Shown here piece after piece: positions 35,893-48,063 of a stretch of DNA of 64,000 nucleotides. A program made the translations under genes and the position numbers. The stretch's first letter is position 1. Each line of letters begins with the position of its first letter. The notes under the pieces were generated by a model. It had not been told where the DNA came from. It did not search any database and was given only the letters and a program-made list of their open reading frames with translations. This DNA is from an uncultured delta proteobacterium (GTDB lineage: Bacteria; Desulfobacterota; Desulfuromonadia; Desulfuromonadales; JACZKF01), in NCBI GenBank assembly GCA_963816395.1, contig CAWFKQ010000005.1:224001-288000 (forward strand), in the 5' to 3' direction.

Positions 35893-37209
35893 CTAGAGCA
35901 ATTCGCTTTCGATGCGGATAAACCGGCTCCCGTCGCGCACCACCTCCAGACCGTCGATTTCGGTCAGAGCGGTGCGGATGTCCGCCTCGCGCGCCTCATG
36001 GGTCATCAGGACGATGGGAACAGCGCCGCCGATCTGCCGCTCCGGCTGAATCATCGAGCTGATGCTGATGTCATGGCGGCCGAGGATGCCGGCAATCTGC
36101 GCCAGCACGCCTGGCTTATCGAATGCGGCAAAGCGCAGGTAATACTGGCTGACAATGTCGTTCATGGCCTTGATCGGCAAATCGCGGATCGCTTCGCGCC
36201 GATAGCCCATGGCCGGGGTACGGCCGGCAGCCCCTTTCGGCAGGTTGCGGGCGATCGCCATGACATCCCCCATAACCGCGCTGGCAGTCGGTTCCATACC
36301 CGCCCCGCGGCCATAAAGCATGACCGGCCCGACGAAATCCCCCACCAGACGAACGGCATTGAATACGCCATCGACGTCGGCCAAGGGATAATTCAAAGGG
36401 ATCATGGTCGGATGAACCCGCGCTTCAACTTCTCCCTCTGCCATTTTGCCGATGGCCAGGAGCTTGATTTTATAGCCGAACTGGCGGGCGAACTGGATGT
36501 CCAGGGCGGAAATCCCACCGATCCCCTCGGTGTGGATGTCTTCGAATTTCACCCGGGTACCGAAACAGAGGGCGATAAGAATGGCCAGTTTATGAGCGGT
36601 ATCGATACCCTCGATATCGAAGGTCGGATCGGCCTCGGCATATCCCTGGGCCTGGGCATCGCGTAAAACCTCGGCAAAACCATCCCCCTCGTTGGTCATG
36701 CGGGTTAGAATATAGTTGCAGGTGCCGTTGAGAATACCGAAAACGGTGCGGAAATTGTTGGCGCAGAGGTTTTCCTTGATGGCGGAGAGGACCGGAATCC
36801 CCCCTGCCACGGCTGCCTCGAAGAGAACGTCCACCCCTTGGCGGGCGGCGGCAGCAAAGATCTCCTCCCCATGCAGCGCGAGCAGAGCTTTGTTGGCGGT
36901 CACCACCTGCTTGCCATTCTCGATGGCACGCAAGACAAAGGAACGGGCTGGCTCATAACCGCCGATCAGTTCGATCACAACATCAATCGCGGGATCGTCG
37001 AGAATCTCCTCGGCCCGCGTCGTGAGAAGCCCGGAAGGAACGGCAATCCCCCGATCCCGGGTGATATCCAGATCGGCTATTTTCACCAGTTGCAGGCGGA
37101 CTCCGAGACGGTCGGCGATCACCTCGGCATTCTGCTGGAAGAGCTTGACCACGCCAACCCCGACGGTACCGAAACCGAGGAGCCCAACTCGGATTTCTTT
37201 CATATCCAT
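35893..37209 (-). CDS. hom: Homoserine dehydrogenase with C-terminal ACT domain
   Basis: GFGTVG, VTANKA, EAAVAGGIP, GYAEADPTFD and DKPGVL motifs. Confidence 0.96.
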   Translation of the reverse strand: MDMKEIRVGLLGFGTVGVGVVKLFQQNAEVIADRLGVRLQLVKIADLDITRDRGIAVPSGLLTTRAEEILDDPAIDVVIELIGGYEPARSFVLRAIENGKQVVTANKALLALHGEEIFAAAARQGVDVLFEAAVAGGIPVLSAIKENLCANNFRTVFGILNGTCNYILTRMTNEGDGFAEVLRDAQAQGYAEADPTFDIEGIDTAHKLAILIALCFGTRVKFEDIHTEGIGGISALDIQFARQFGYKIKLLAIGKMAEGEVEARVHPTMIPLNYPLADVDGVFNAVRLVGDFVGPVMLYGRGAGMEPTASAVMGDVMAIARNLPKGAAGRTPAMGYRREAIRDLPIKAMNDIVSQYYLRFAAFDKPGVLAQIAGILGRHDISISSMIQPERQIGGAVPIVLMTHEAREADIRTALTEIDGLEVVRDGSRFIRIESELL

Positions 37210-37748
37210 CCTTCCCCATCAACTCGATTGAAAATTGTTAACCGCCGGCAGGATTGATGTTCGATCAGTTCGCCCGCAACCACTTCAGGTCCCCGTTCGC
37301 GAACCGCCGGCGAGAGCAGGCATTCGAACCCATCAGCTCCCTCTTCGGTCAGAATCCGGGCAACCAGTTTTTCCAATTCTTCGCTTCCCATGCCTTCGAG
37401 CGGCGCCAGGGAAATGGCGATGCGGGAGAAACCGGCCCGCCGGCAGGTAGCCAGGAGGTCGCGAATCAGTTCCTGGTAGCGCAATCGATCCAGATCGTGC
37501 TGCGAGCCGCCGCCCACGAAAAGCACCCAGTCCGCGGCCAATTTACCGTTATTTCGGGTAAGCACATGTTCCCCAGCCCTGCCGCCCGCCTCCCCGCGCA
37601 GCAGCAGCCCGGTCAGGAATCCATTGAGCCGCCAGTCGAGCAATGCCGCTGGCCCGTGGGCAGGGCGGTCGTCAGAAAAAAATAAGACCGCCACCGCCTC
37701 CCCCTCCATTCTGTCAGCGGGGAGATCGAGAACGCGCAACCGGCTCAT
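37200..37748 (-). CDS. Peptidase M17 N-terminal-like domain protein, no catalytic domain
   Basis: FFSDDRP..G.AALLDWRLNG pattern; overlaps nusB and hom. Confidence 0.6.
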   Translation of the reverse strand: MSRLRVLDLPADRMEGEAVAVLFFSDDRPAHGPAALLDWRLNGFLTGLLLRGEAGGRAGEHVLTRNNGKLAADWVLFVGGGSQHDLDRLRYQELIRDLLATCRRAGFSRIAISLAPLEGMGSEELEKLVARILTEEGADGFECLLSPAVRERGPEVVAGELIEHQSCRRLTIFNRVDGEGWI

Positions 37749-38212
37749 GGCGTCGGTTGCCTGTGAAGGCGGGAAATCTTGTCCAGAATGCCGTTGACGA
37801 AAGCCGGCGTTTCCCTGGTCCCGTAACGTTTGCCGATTTCGATCGCTTCATTGATGATTACGCTGGCGGGGACTTCCGGATTGTGCAGAAGTTCGAAAGA
37901 GGCCAGCCGCAGGATCGAGAGGTCGACCCGGGCCATGCGCTCAAGAGCCCAGTTGGTTGACAGCTCACCGATTATCGCGTCCAGTTCCTCCCGATGTGTC
38001 GCCACCCCCCGCGCCAGTTCCTCGGCGAAGCGGCGGATCTCGAAAGGGACTTGGCCGATGACTTCCTCCAGAGGCTCACCCAGGATGTCGTCATGAAAAT
38101 GAAAGTTTGTCCAGAAATCCTGCAGGACCGGCTCAACGCTGGTTTCCTGGTCCTGCAGACTGTAAATGATCTTAAGGGCCAATTCCCGCCCCGTGCGCCT
38201 GGCACCTTTCAT
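37745..38212 (-). CDS. nusB: Transcription antitermination factor NusB
   Basis: RRTGRELAL, W..ERMARVD.SILR, INEAIE and FVNGILD motifs. Confidence 0.96.
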   Translation of the reverse strand: MKGARRTGRELALKIIYSLQDQETSVEPVLQDFWTNFHFHDDILGEPLEEVIGQVPFEIRRFAEELARGVATHREELDAIIGELSTNWALERMARVDLSILRLASFELLHNPEVPASVIINEAIEIGKRYGTRETPAFVNGILDKISRLHRQPTP

Positions 38213-38216
38213 CGCT

Positions 38217-38681
38217 TCAGAAATTCTTCAAAAGGTTGACCATTTCGACAGCACTCAGTGCCGCGTCCGCCCCCTTGTTGCCGGCCTTGCTGCCAGCCCT
38301 TTCGATCGCCTGCTCGAGATTGTCGGTGGTAAGCACGCCGAAGGAGACGGGGACTTCCGCGTCCAGGCTGACCGTAGCGATTCCTTTGGAGACTTCGGCC
38401 GCGACGTAGTCGAAATGGGGAGTGGAGCCACGAATGACCGCGCCCAGGCAGATAACCGCATCGTAACGTCCGGAAGCCACCATTTTTTTGGCTGCCAGGG
38501 GAATTTCGAAAGCTCCCGGAACACGCAGGACCTCAATGGCTTCCGGTGCCGCCCCATGCCGCACCAGGGCATCGAGAGCCCCCTCCAGCAGCCGCTCGCT
38601 GATAAAGCTGTTGAACCGGCTGATGGCAATGCCAAAGTTCAGCCCCGAAGCGTCGAGCTTTCCTTCAAAGTATTTAGTCAT
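38217..38681 (-). CDS. ribH: 6,7-dimethyl-8-ribityllumazine synthase
   Basis: [26 protein letters not shown] and GNKG motifs. Confidence 0.97.
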   Translation of the reverse strand: MTKYFEGKLDASGLNFGIAISRFNSFISERLLEGALDALVRHGAAPEAIEVLRVPGAFEIPLAAKKMVASGRYDAVICLGAVIRGSTPHFDYVAAEVSKGIATVSLDAEVPVSFGVLTTDNLEQAIERAGSKAGNKGADAALSAVEMVNLLKNF

Positions 38682-38698
38682 CCTCAACTCCATCCCAT

Positions 38699-38816
38699 GC
38701 TGATGAAAAACGCCCATCTGCGGCGTTGCCCTCATCCTTCGTCAACGACGTACCCTCCAGGTACGCCTTATTCCTCAGGATTTCAGGCGCCTTGCATCTG
38801 GCCATTTTTGCTCAGC
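38699..38816. mobile_element. Putative MITE-like intergenic element with imperfect terminal inverted repeats
   Basis: GCTGATGAAAAACGCCCATCTGC at the left end; right end reverse-complements to GCTGAGCAAAAATGGCCAGATGC; 118 bp between ribBA and ribH. Confidence 0.6.
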
Positions 38817-38844
38817 CTGAAAACCCGAGTATTTCAATGCCCTA

Positions 38845-40050
38845 CTACAGATTTTCCAATAGATGTCCCAACTTTTCCCGTTTTGTTTTCAGATACTTGA
38901 GATTGGTCCCGGTAGAGGCTACCTGGAGCGGGACGCGCTCGACGATTTCCAGTCCATACCCCTCCAGGCCGACGATCTTTCGCGGATTATTGGTCATCAG
39001 GCGAATCTTGCGGATGCCCAGTTCGGCAAGGATCTGGGCGCCGATTCCGTAATCGCGCAGGTCGGCCTTGAACCCGAGGAGTTCGTTGGCTTCGACCGTG
39101 TCATGGCCCTGGTCCTGCAGGGCATAAGCCTTGAGCTTGTTGATCAGGCCGATTCCCCGTCCCTCCTGGCGCATATAGAGGATGACTCCACAACCTTCTG
39201 CGGATACCTGGGCCATGGCCGCCTGCAGCTGGTCGCCACAATCGCAGCGCTGGGAACCAAACACGTCGCCGGTCAGACATTCGGAATGAACCCGCACCAG
39301 GATGGGTTTATCCGGGTCGATCTGGCCCTTGACCAGTGCCAGGTGCTGGGCGTTGTCAACGTCATTTTCGTAGGCGATGGCCATGAATTCGCCGCCGTAG
39401 GGGGTCGGCAGGATAGTTTCCGCGGCCCGGCGCACCAGCAGTTCTTTGCGCATCCGATAAGCGACCAGATCGGCGACGGTAACGATCTTCAGCCCGTGGC
39501 GGGCAGCGAATTCCTGCAGCTGCGGCAGACGGGACATGGTGCCGTCGGCATTCATTATTTCACAGATCACTCCGGCCGGTTTCAAACCGGCCAGCCGGGC
39601 GAGATCGACCGAACCCTCGGTCTGCCCGGCGCGCACCAGCACGCCGCCGCGCTTGGCGCGCAACGGGAATACGTGGCCGGGGCGGGCAAGATCCTTGGCC
39701 GTCGTTTCCTCGGCAATCGCTACCTGGATGGTGCGGGCGCGGTCGGCCGCCGAAATGCCGGTGGTTACTCCCCGTCGGGCTTCGATGGAAACGGTGAAAG
39801 CGGTACCGAAGGAAGAGGTGTTCTCCCGGACCATCAGCGGCAAATCGAGAAAATCGGCCCTCTCCTCGGTCAGCGAAAGGCAGATCAGTCCGCGCCCTTC
39901 GCGGGCCATGAAATTAATGGCCTCGGGGGTGACCATCTCGGCCGCCATGGTCAGATCCCCCTCGTTCTCCCGGTCCTCATCATCGACCAGGATGACCATC
40001 TTTCCCTGGCGGATATCTTCAAGTGCGGCTTCAATTCTGGCAATCGGCAT
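38845..40050 (-). CDS. ribBA: Bifunctional DHBP synthase / GTP cyclohydrolase II
   Basis: [25 protein letters not shown] and QEGRGIGL motifs. Confidence 0.97.
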   Translation of the reverse strand: MPIARIEAALEDIRQGKMVILVDDEDRENEGDLTMAAEMVTPEAINFMAREGRGLICLSLTEERADFLDLPLMVRENTSSFGTAFTVSIEARRGVTTGISAADRARTIQVAIAEETTAKDLARPGHVFPLRAKRGGVLVRAGQTEGSVDLARLAGLKPAGVICEIMNADGTMSRLPQLQEFAARHGLKIVTVADLVAYRMRKELLVRRAAETILPTPYGGEFMAIAYENDVDNAQHLALVKGQIDPDKPILVRVHSECLTGDVFGSQRCDCGDQLQAAMAQVSAEGCGVILYMRQEGRGIGLINKLKAYALQDQGHDTVEANELLGFKADLRDYGIGAQILAELGIRKIRLMTNNPRKIVGLEGYGLEIVERVPLQVASTGTNLKYLKTKREKLGHLLENL

Positions 40051-40082
40051 GCCCTGGACTCCTTGGTGGACTTAGAACTATG

Positions 40083-40734
40083 TCACAGAAACCCATGCTT
40101 GGCAAGAAATTGCAGGTCGAGTGGAGCACCGCCGTTCTCTCCCTTATCGGGTCGCAGAAGGCGATCGACATACTTGCCAATCAGGTCAGTTTCAATATTC
40201 ACCCGGCTTCCCACCTGGAGGTTTCGGAGGGTGGTCACCTGCAGTGTGTGAGGGATAACGGCAACAGAGAAGGTATCGGCAGTAACGACATTGACCGTCA
40301 GACTGATGCCGTCGATCGCCACCGAGCCTTTTTCCACAAGTAGACGGTTGACCGCCGGATCGAGGCGAAAGGCAAAACGCATCGCATTGCCGTCACGGAC
40401 CCGTTCAAGGACCCTGGCCACCGCATCGACATGACCGGTGACCAGGTGACCGCCGAGACGGTCGGAGAGACGCAGCGCCCGCTCCAGGTTGACCGGCGAA
40501 CCTGGCCCCAGGTCCCCCAGAGTACTTCGCTGCAGGGTCTCCGGAGAAACCTCGGCGCTGAACAGCCCCTCGCCACAGGCAATTGCGGTCAGGCAGGCAC
40601 CGTTTACAGCGATGCTGTCGCCGATGGCCAGTTCTTTCGTGGGCAGGGCAGTGGCCACGGTCAACCTGGACGCTGTCGGCACTTTTTCGCCAATCGCGGA
40701 TGGTCCCGAGATCCTCGATCAGGCCGGTGAACAT
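40083..40734 (-). CDS. ribE: Riboflavin synthase alpha chain (apparent +1 frameshift near 40668)
   Basis: MFTGLIE N-terminus in one frame; GDSIAVNGACLT, GGHLVTGHVD and KGSVAIDGISLT in the next. Confidence 0.92.
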
Positions 40735-41830
40735 CGCTGGACCTCTCCTTCGATGAGAGTATCGTCGCCGCAGCGGCATGACCCGGACCTGCTCAAGGCG
40801 AAAGGCTTCCGTCAGTCGCGCCACTCCCGGCCCGGCAAACAGCCCCGGCCCCTCGACTGCCGCCGAGCAGCAGAGGAGCGATGAAGATCGCCACCCGGTC
40901 GACCACCCCAGCCTGCAGGGCGGCGGCATTGAGCCGGCTTCCCCCCTCGAGCAGAATGCTTTGCACACCCAGTTCCCCCAACTTCCGCAGCAGCTCGGTC
41001 AATTCGATCCGCCCTTCCTGTTCCGTCGCCGTCAGTACCCGCACGCCGCGTGCCGTCAGGCGTTCGATCTTCTCCGGCGATGCGCGCCGGGTGGTGGCAA
41101 TCAGGGTCGGCGCTGACGAATCCGGTGTGAGAACCGCCGCCGCCTCCGGGATTCGCAGATCAGCATCGACGACGATCCGCATGGCGTCCCGGCCGCCGCC
41201 CGGCAGACGGGTGGTCAGCCGCGGATCATCGTGCAAAACTGTGCCGATCCCCACCATCACCGCATCGACGGTATCGCGCAGGCGGTGTACGGCCAGCCGG
41301 CTCTCCTCTCCGGAGATCCATTGCGAATCACCGGTAGTGGTGGCTGTGCGCCCGTCCAGGGTGATTGCTGCCTTGAGAATGAGGTAGGGCAGTCCGGTAG
41401 TAATGTGTTTGGCGAAGGGAGCGATAAGGCGGCGGCATTCCCCTTCCAGCACCCCCACGGTAACCGTCACCCCGGCCGCCCGCAAAGCGGCAATGCCATT
41501 TCCCGCCACCCGCGGGTTGGGATCGGTTGTTCCGACAAAGACGCGGGAGATCCCGGCGGCCAGCACCGCCGTAACGCAAGGGCCGGTTTTCCCCTGATGG
41601 CAGCACGGCTCCAGGGTTACATAGAGATCGGCGCCAGCGGCCGCCCCTCCCGCCTGGCGCAAGGCGAAAATCTCCGCGTGCGGCTCACCGGCCCGTGGGT
41701 GAAAGCCCTCGCCAATGATTTCTCCTGCGCGAACCACCACGGCCCCAACTGCCGGGTTGGGTCCGGTGCGCCCCTCTCCCCGGCGCCCCAGCTCGAGGGC
41801 GCGCTGCATGAATTGTTCGTGATCCGTCAT
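40719..41830 (-). CDS. ribD: Riboflavin biosynthesis deaminase/reductase (two apparent +1 frameshifts near 40855 and 40776)
   Basis: HAE, TLEPCCH, LDGRTA and EGG motifs; C-terminus GDDTLIEG recovered in a shifted frame. Confidence 0.92.
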
Positions 41831-41902
41831 GAAATCAGAGAAAAGCAGGCGGAACATTTGTGGATAACCGGGGGGTTGGTTTTCGCCCCCTGGGTTATTC
41901 CC

Positions 41903-42379
41903 CTATTTCGCGCCTTCCCTTTCTTCTCCCTTGGCGAGAAGATCTTTGAGCTCCGCCATGAATTCGTTGATGTCCTTGAACTGCCGATAGACCGACGCGA
42001 AGCGCACGTAGGCGACCTCATCAACGCCGTGCAGCGCCTCCATAACGGCTCTTCCGATGCGGCTGGAGCCGATTTCCTTCTCTCCACTTTCCTGCAGCGA
42101 CAACTCCAGCCGGTCAACAACCTTCTCGATGGTCGCGATGGAAACGGGCCGCTTCTCGCAGGCGCGCTGCATGCCGGCAATAATTTTCAAGCGGTCGAAG
42201 GTCTCGCGGCGCCCGTCCTTTTTCACCACCAGGGGATGGATTTCCTCGACCCGTTCATAGGTGGTGAAGCGCCGTCCGCAGTCGATGCATTCGCGCCGGC
42301 GCCGGATATTGTTCCCTTCCTTGCCGAGGCGCGAATCGATAACTTTGGTATCGGAGAAGTCACAGAAAGGGCATTTCAT
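41903..42379 (-). CDS. nrdR: Transcriptional repressor NrdR
   Basis: MKCPFC..DSR..IRRRREC..C..RFTTYE and [10 protein letters not shown]. Confidence 0.97.
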   Translation of the reverse strand: MKCPFCDFSDTKVIDSRLGKEGNNIRRRRECIDCGRRFTTYERVEEIHPLVVKKDGRRETFDRLKIIAGMQRACEKRPVSIATIEKVVDRLELSLQESGEKEIGSSRIGRAVMEALHGVDEVAYVRFASVYRQFKDINEFMAELKDLLAKGEEREGAK

Positions 42380-42852
42380 GGCGCACCTCCGGACTTTCCG
42401 GCCGCCGGCCATTCGCAAAGAGCCACCTCGATCCCGGCCTCCTGCAGCATCTCCAGGGAGAGCGTATCGGGGTAGCCCTCCAGGTAAACGATCCGTTCCA
42501 CCCCGGCATTGATGATCATCTTGGTGCAGATAAGGCAGGGGGAATGGGTGCTGAAGAGCGTAGCGCCGCCGATGTTCACGCCATGCTTGGCCGCCTGGAT
42601 GATGGCGTTCTGTTCGGCGTGCAGCCCGCGGCACAGCTCGTGCCGCTCACCCGAAGGGATGCCGAGTTTCTGCCGCAGGCAGCCGACCTCGGAGCAATGG
42701 GCGATTCCCGAAGGGGTACCGTTGTAGCCGGTGGCGAGAATGTTTTTCTCCTTCACCACCACCGCTCCGACCTGCCGGCGCAGGCAGGTGGAGCGCCTGG
42801 CCACCAGGCGGGCGATCTCCATGAAATATTCTTCCCAGGACGGGCGGTTCAT
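42376..42852 (-). CDS. dCMP deaminase family protein
   Basis: [26 protein letters not shown] and PCLIC motifs. Confidence 0.92.
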   Translation of the reverse strand: MNRPSWEEYFMEIARLVARRSTCLRRQVGAVVVKEKNILATGYNGTPSGIAHCSEVGCLRQKLGIPSGERHELCRGLHAEQNAIIQAAKHGVNIGGATLFSTHSPCLICTKMIINAGVERIVYLEGYPDTLSLEMLQEAGIEVALCEWPAAGKSGGAP

Positions 42853-42853
42853 C

Positions 42854-44104
42854 TCACCTCAGGCGATGCGCGTAGAGGGGAAATTGCCGGCAAAGTCCCC
42901 TGACCTCTTCCCGAATCGCGGTCAGCTCCGCATCGTCACCGATGTGTTCGAGAGCCCGGGCGATCCAGCCGGCCACCCGCTCCATTTCCGGTTCACGCAG
43001 ACCGCGGGTAGTGGTCGCGGGGGTGCCGATACGAATGCCGCTGGTGACGAAGGGCGAGCGGGTGTCAAAGGGAACGGCATTCTTGTTTACGGTAATGCCG
43101 GCCTTCTCCAGGGTTTCCTCGGCCACTTTACCGGTGATTTCGGTGCCGGTGAAATCGATCAGCATCAGGTGGTTATCGGTGCCACCGGAAACCAGGCGGA
43201 ACCCCCGACTGACCAGTCCGGCAGCCAGGGCTCGGGCGTTTTTCACCACCTGCCCGGCGTAGGTTTTGAATTCGGGCTGCAGCGCCTCCTGCAGTGCCAC
43301 CGCCTTAGCAGCGATCACGTGCATCAGCGGCCCGCCCTGAATCCCGGGGAATATGTTGCTGTTGAGTTTCTTGGCGAACTCCTCCCGGCACAGAATCATC
43401 CCGCCCCGGGGGCCGCGCAGGGTCTTATGGGTGGTGGTGGTGACAAATTCGGCATGGGGAACCGGGCTTGGGTGCTCGCCGGCGGCTACCAGCCCGGCGA
43501 TATGGGCCATATCGACCATGACGACCGCTCCCACGGCATCGGCAATCCGGCGGAAGGCCACGAAGTCGATGATCCGCGGGTAGGCGCTCGCCCCGACGAC
43601 GATCATCTTCGGCCGGTGCTCCCGCGCGAGGCTCTCGACCTCCTCGTAGTCGATTGTCCCGGTATCCTGCTTCACCCCGTAGGGGATGATATTGAACAGC
43701 TTGCCGGAGAAATTGACCGGCGAACCATGGGTCAGGTGGCCACCATGCGCCAGGTTCATGCCGAGAATGGTGTCTCCGGGTTGGCAGATGGAGAAGTAGA
43801 CTGCCATGTTGGCCTGCGAACCGGAGTGGGGCTGGACGTTGGCATGTTCGGCACCGAAGAGCGCCCGCGCCCGATCGATCGCAACCTGCTCGGCGATATC
43901 GACGAACTCGCAGCCGCCGTAATAGCGCTTGCCCGGGTAGCCTTCCGCATATTTGTTGGTGAGGACCGAGCCCTGCGCTTCGAGAACCCGTTCGCTGACG
44001 AAATTCTCGGAAGCGATGAATTCCAGACTGTACTCCTGGCGCTCAGTTTCCCGGCGAATGGCCCCGGCAATTTCGGGATCGAATTTCTCAAGCATTTCCG
44101 ACAT
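42854..44104 (-). CDS. glyA: Serine hydroxymethyltransferase
   Basis: [21 protein letters not shown] and [14 protein letters not shown] motifs. Confidence 0.98.
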   Translation of the reverse strand: MSEMLEKFDPEIAGAIRRETERQEYSLEFIASENFVSERVLEAQGSVLTNKYAEGYPGKRYYGGCEFVDIAEQVAIDRARALFGAEHANVQPHSGSQANMAVYFSICQPGDTILGMNLAHGGHLTHGSPVNFSGKLFNIIPYGVKQDTGTIDYEEVESLAREHRPKMIVVGASAYPRIIDFVAFRRIADAVGAVVMVDMAHIAGLVAAGEHPSPVPHAEFVTTTTHKTLRGPRGGMILCREEFAKKLNSNIFPGIQGGPLMHVIAAKAVALQEALQPEFKTYAGQVVKNARALAAGLVSRGFRLVSGGTDNHLMLIDFTGTEITGKVAEETLEKAGITVNKNAVPFDTRSPFVTSGIRIGTPATTTRGLREPEMERVAGWIARALEHIGDDAELTAIREEVRGLCRQFPLYAHRLR

Positions 44105-44193
44105 GCGTAACCTCCGGCAGCGGACCCGAGTCCGCGTAGTCTGCAGTGCGAAAGGAAAAAGGCAGGCTCGCGGCCTGCCTGTCCGGCGAAGGT

Positions 44194-44649
44194 TCAGTCC
44201 CGCCTATCCCGCAATTCCCGTTCGAGTCGGGCGATCTTGTCCAGGCGTTTCTGGTGCCGCCCGCCTTCGAACTCGGCATCGAGCCAGGCTGCTACCATCC
44301 GACAGGCCTGCTCGGGCGATTGGGTCCGTCCCCCCATGACCAGCACATTGGCGTTGTTGTGTTCCTTGGACATGCGGGCAGTGAATTCGTCGCTGACCAG
44401 AGCAGCCCGCACCCCGGGGAATTTATTGGCCACGATCGACATACCGATCCCCGTCCCGCAGATCAGAATTCCCTTCTCCGCCTCCCCCTGCGAAACGGCC
44501 CTGCCAACCTTCTCCCCATAATCGGGATAGTCGACGGAATCGTTGTTCAGGGTGCCGGAATCGTTGACCTCGATGCCGCGCGCCTGCAGGTAACGCTTGA
44601 TCGCCTCTTTCAGTTCAAATCCGCCATGATCGCTGGCAATAATATACAT
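44194..44649 (-). CDS. rpiB: Ribose-5-phosphate isomerase B
   Basis: SDHGG, DYPD, CGTGIG, HNNANVL and FEGGRH motifs. Confidence 0.96.
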   Translation of the reverse strand: MYIIASDHGGFELKEAIKRYLQARGIEVNDSGTLNNDSVDYPDYGEKVGRAVSQGEAEKGILICGTGIGMSIVANKFPGVRAALVSDEFTARMSKEHNNANVLVMGGRTQSPEQACRMVAAWLDAEFEGGRHQKRLDKIARLERELRDRRD

Positions 44650-44655
44650 GATGTC

Positions 44656-45888
44656 TCAGACCCGGCGAAAAAGCAGGGTGGCGTTGGTGCCGCCGAAACC
44701 GAAGGAGTTCGAGAGGACAGTCCGCACCTCGGCCTGGCGCGCCTCGTTCGGCACATAATCGAGATCACACTCGGGATCCGGCTCCTGGTAGTTGATAGTC
44801 GGCGGCACGGCGCCGCGGTCCATCGCCAGCAAAGCGTAGACCGCCTCGATCCCGCCGGCTGCTCCCAGGCAATGGCCGGTCATGCTCTTGGTTGAGCTGA
44901 CCATCACCTTGCGGGCATGGTCGCCCAGGACGGTCTTGATGGCCATCGTCTCGTAAAGATCGTTGAAAGGAGTCGAGGTGCCATGGGCGTTGATATAATC
45001 GAGTTCTTCCGGATTAACGCCGGCGGTCTTCAGGGCCATGCGGATGCAGCGGGCGGCGCCTTCCCCGTCGGGCGCCGGGGCGGTCAGGTGGTAGGCATCG
45101 GCGGTCAGCCCGTAGCCACAGACTTCCCCATAGATCTTGGCCCCGCGTTTCCTGGCCGCCTCGTACTCCTCCAGGACGACGATTCCGGCGCCCTCGGCCA
45201 TGACGAAACCGTCGCGGCCTTTTTCGAAGGGGCGGCTGGCGCCGGCCGGATCCTCATTGCGGGTGGAGAGGGCCTTCATTACGTTGAAGCCGCCGACCCC
45301 CAGAGGGGTAATGGTCGACTCCGTACCGCCGGCAATCATCGCATCGGCATCGCCGCGCTGAATCATGCGGAAGGCATCACCAATGGAATGGGTGCCGGTC
45401 GCGCAGGCGGAGACGGAGGAGACATTCGGCCCCTTGGCCCCGTACTTGATGGAAATATGTCCCGGCGCCAGATTGATAATCAGCATGGGGATGAAAAAGG
45501 GAGAGAGTTTTTTGTAACCGCTCTCGAGCAGGGCCTTGTGATAGCGCTCGATGGCGGGCAGCCCCCCCAGTCCGGCGCCAACCAGCACGCCGACGCGTTC
45601 CGCGTTCTCTTCTGTCACCTGGAAGCCGGAGTCCTGCATCGCCAGGTCAGCAGCCCCGAGGGCAAACTGGATGAAGAGGTCCATCTTCTTGATTTCTTTT
45701 TTGTCGATGAAGACCTCTGGGTCAAAATCCCGGACCTCTCCGGCAATCTGGGTCGGCAGCCCGGAGGCATCGAAGCGGGTGATGCGATCGATCCCGGATT
45801 TGCCCTGCATCAGGGCGGCCCAGTTCTTTTCAACCCCGGTGCCGAGGGCAGAAATCACCCCGACACCCGTCACCACAACTCTGCGCAT
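44656..45888 (-). CDS. fabF: 3-oxoacyl-ACP synthase II
   Basis: [19 protein letters not shown] and SNSFGFGG motifs. Confidence 0.97.
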   Translation of the reverse strand: MRRVVVTGVGVISALGTGVEKNWAALMQGKSGIDRITRFDASGLPTQIAGEVRDFDPEVFIDKKEIKKMDLFIQFALGAADLAMQDSGFQVTEENAERVGVLVGAGLGGLPAIERYHKALLESGYKKLSPFFIPMLIINLAPGHISIKYGAKGPNVSSVSACATGTHSIGDAFRMIQRGDADAMIAGGTESTITPLGVGGFNVMKALSTRNEDPAGASRPFEKGRDGFVMAEGAGIVVLEEYEAARKRGAKIYGEVCGYGLTADAYHLTAPAPDGEGAARCIRMALKTAGVNPEELDYINAHGTSTPFNDLYETMAIKTVLGDHARKVMVSSTKSMTGHCLGAAGGIEAVYALLAMDRGAVPPTINYQEPDPECDLDYVPNEARQAEVRTVLSNSFGFGGTNATLLFRRV

Positions 45889-46033
45889 GGCTGTTTTGTT
45901 CCTCCATGTGGATAGTTAAACCCGGCTACTCAGGCATTATGCCACAGTTGCCGGAACAGGGATAGCTTATGAGTGGGGAAGCGAAACAGACGCGGGGAGG
46001 AGGAAAAACGATTCCTCCTCCCCGGTGTGTCGA

Positions 46034-46267
46034 TCAGGCATGTTCGCTGATATAATCGACGGCGTCCTGCACGGTCTGGATTTTCTCGGCGTCCTCGTCG
46101 GAAATTTCGATATCGAATTCTTCCTCGAGAGCCATGACCAGTTCAACGGTGTCCAGGGAATCAGCGCCGAGGTCCTCCATGAAGGACGCCTCGCTGGTCA
46201 CCTGATCCTCATCCACGCCGAGCTGTTCCGCCACAATCTGTTTCACTCTTTCAGCAATCGAAGCCAT
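46034..46267 (-). CDS. acpP: Acyl carrier protein
   Basis: [14 protein letters not shown]; start at MASIAE. Confidence 0.97.
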   Translation of the reverse strand: MASIAERVKQIVAEQLGVDEDQVTSEASFMEDLGADSLDTVELVMALEEEFDIEISDEDAEKIQTVQDAVDYISEHA

Positions 46268-46340
46268 TTGCTTCACCTCCTTGGTTGTTTTCGGGCCGAT
46301 TCTGGATCGACGAAAATGTTTGTTCCAACGGACAAGAGTT

Positions 46341-47093
46341 TTACATGTACATGCCGCCGTTGACGCCGAGGACCTGACCGGTGATGTAACCGGAAGCTTC
46401 GGCAGACAGGAAGAGAACGGCATTGGCAATATCATCGGCGGTCCCGAGACGCTCCAGGGGAATCTGGGCGGCCAGTTCCTGCCGGGTTTTTTCCGGCAGC
46501 GCCTCGGTCATGTCGGTGGCAATGAATCCGGGGGCGACGGCGTTGACGGTAACATTGCGCCGGGCCAGCTCCCGGGCGTTCGATTTGGTCAACCCTATCA
46601 GGCCGGCTTTGCTGGCGCAGTAGTTGGCCTGGCCGGCATTGCCCATCTGGCCAACGATCGAGGCGATATTGATGATCCGACCGTAACGCTGCTTGGTCAT
46701 GAGCTTTGCGGCGGCCCTGGTGCAGAGGAAGGCTCCCTTGAGATTGACGGAGAGCACCGCATCCCAGTCTGCGTCCTTCATCCGCAGCAGCAAGGCGTCG
46801 CGGGTGATGCCGGCATTGTTGACCAGGATATCGACCCGCCCGAAGGCCTTGACCGACTCCTCGAAAATCCGCTCAGCATCCGCCACCACCGTCACGTTGC
46901 CTTGCACGGCAACCGCCTGCCCGCCATTGGACTGGATCTCCGCTGCCAGTTTCTCGGTACCTTCCAGGTCGATATCGACGGCAACGATGCGCGCCCCCTG
47001 CCCTGCCAGGGCCAACGCAATGGCCTTCCCGATACCACGTGAAGCACCGGTGACCACGGCTACTTTATCCTTCGGCATAAAGAACTCCTTCAT
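46341..47093 (-). CDS. fabG: 3-oxoacyl-ACP reductase
   Basis: [16 protein letters not shown] and YCASK motifs. Confidence 0.96.
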   Translation of the reverse strand: MKEFFMPKDKVAVVTGASRGIGKAIALALAGQGARIVAVDIDLEGTEKLAAEIQSNGGQAVAVQGNVTVVADAERIFEESVKAFGRVDILVNNAGITRDALLLRMKDADWDAVLSVNLKGAFLCTRAAAKLMTKQRYGRIINIASIVGQMGNAGQANYCASKAGLIGLTKSNARELARRNVTVNAVAPGFIATDMTEALPEKTRQELAAQIPLERLGTADDIANAVLFLSAEASGYITGQVLGVNGGMYM

Positions 47094-47121
47094 TTAAATT
47101 GCCCCGGGGCTTCGCCCGCGG

Positions 47122-48036
47122 CTACAGGCCCTTGAGTCCGGCGGTATCCTCGATGCTCTGCACGGCGACCTCGCGGGCGATCCGTTTGCTCAGGCCACCA
47201 AGTACTTTGCCCGGCCCGATTTCAATAAAGCGCTCGCATCCCAGAGCGGCCATCCGGCGCACCGACTCTTCCCAGCGGACCGGCCCGCTCACCTGGGCGA
47301 CCAGCAGTTCACGGACCCTGGCAGGCTCCTGGTTCGGCTCCGCCTCGACATTAGTGACCACCGGCACCGCCAGAGGAGAAACTTCGATCCCCGCCAGCAC
47401 CTCAGCCAGCCGCTCACCGGCCGGCCGCATCAGGGCACAATGGAAAGGGGCGCTGACCGGGAGCGGCAGAGCCCGTTTGGCACCGCGTTCCCGGGCCAGG
47501 GCGACCGCCCGCTCGACGGCGGCGGCATGCCCGGCAATCACCACCTGTCCGGGGCAGTTGAAATTTGCCGGCGAGACGACCTCTCCCTGCGCCGCTTCCG
47601 AGCAGAGCTCCTCGATCGCCCCGCTCTCCAAACCCATGACCGCCGCCATGGCGCCGGCGCCAACCGGCACCGCCTCCTGCATGAAGGCACCCCGACGACG
47701 CACCGTGCGCACGGCATCGGCAAACGTCAGGGAACCGGCGGCGACCAGAGCCGAATACTCACCGAGGGAGTGACCGGCGGCAAAACCGGGCACCAGCCCG
47801 GACTCCTGCTGGACGACCCGCAGAGCGGCAATACTGACGGTCAGGATAGAGGGTTGGGTATTGGTGGTCAACCGCAACTCCTCCTCCGAACCGTTGAAGC
47901 AGAGATTTGCCATGTTCATGCCGAGGGCGTCGCCAGCCTCCTCGAAAACCTGTCGGGCGATGGCGAAATTGTCGGCGAGATCTTTGCCCATTCCGGGGTA
48001 CTGCGACCCCTGACCGGGGAAAACAAAAGCAATCAT
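47122..48036 (-). CDS. fabD: Malonyl-CoA:ACP transacylase
   Basis: FPGQGSQ, GHSLGE and SAPFH motifs. Confidence 0.97.
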   Translation of the reverse strand: MIAFVFPGQGSQYPGMGKDLADNFAIARQVFEEAGDALGMNMANLCFNGSEEELRLTTNTQPSILTVSIAALRVVQQESGLVPGFAAGHSLGEYSALVAAGSLTFADAVRTVRRRGAFMQEAVPVGAGAMAAVMGLESGAIEELCSEAAQGEVVSPANFNCPGQVVIAGHAAAVERAVALARERGAKRALPLPVSAPFHCALMRPAGERLAEVLAGIEVSPLAVPVVTNVEAEPNQEPARVRELLVAQVSGPVRWEESVRRMAALGCERFIEIGPGKVLGGLSKRIAREVAVQSIEDTAGLKGL

Positions 48037-48063
48037 GAAATCAGAGTTCCTCCTCAGGCCGCA

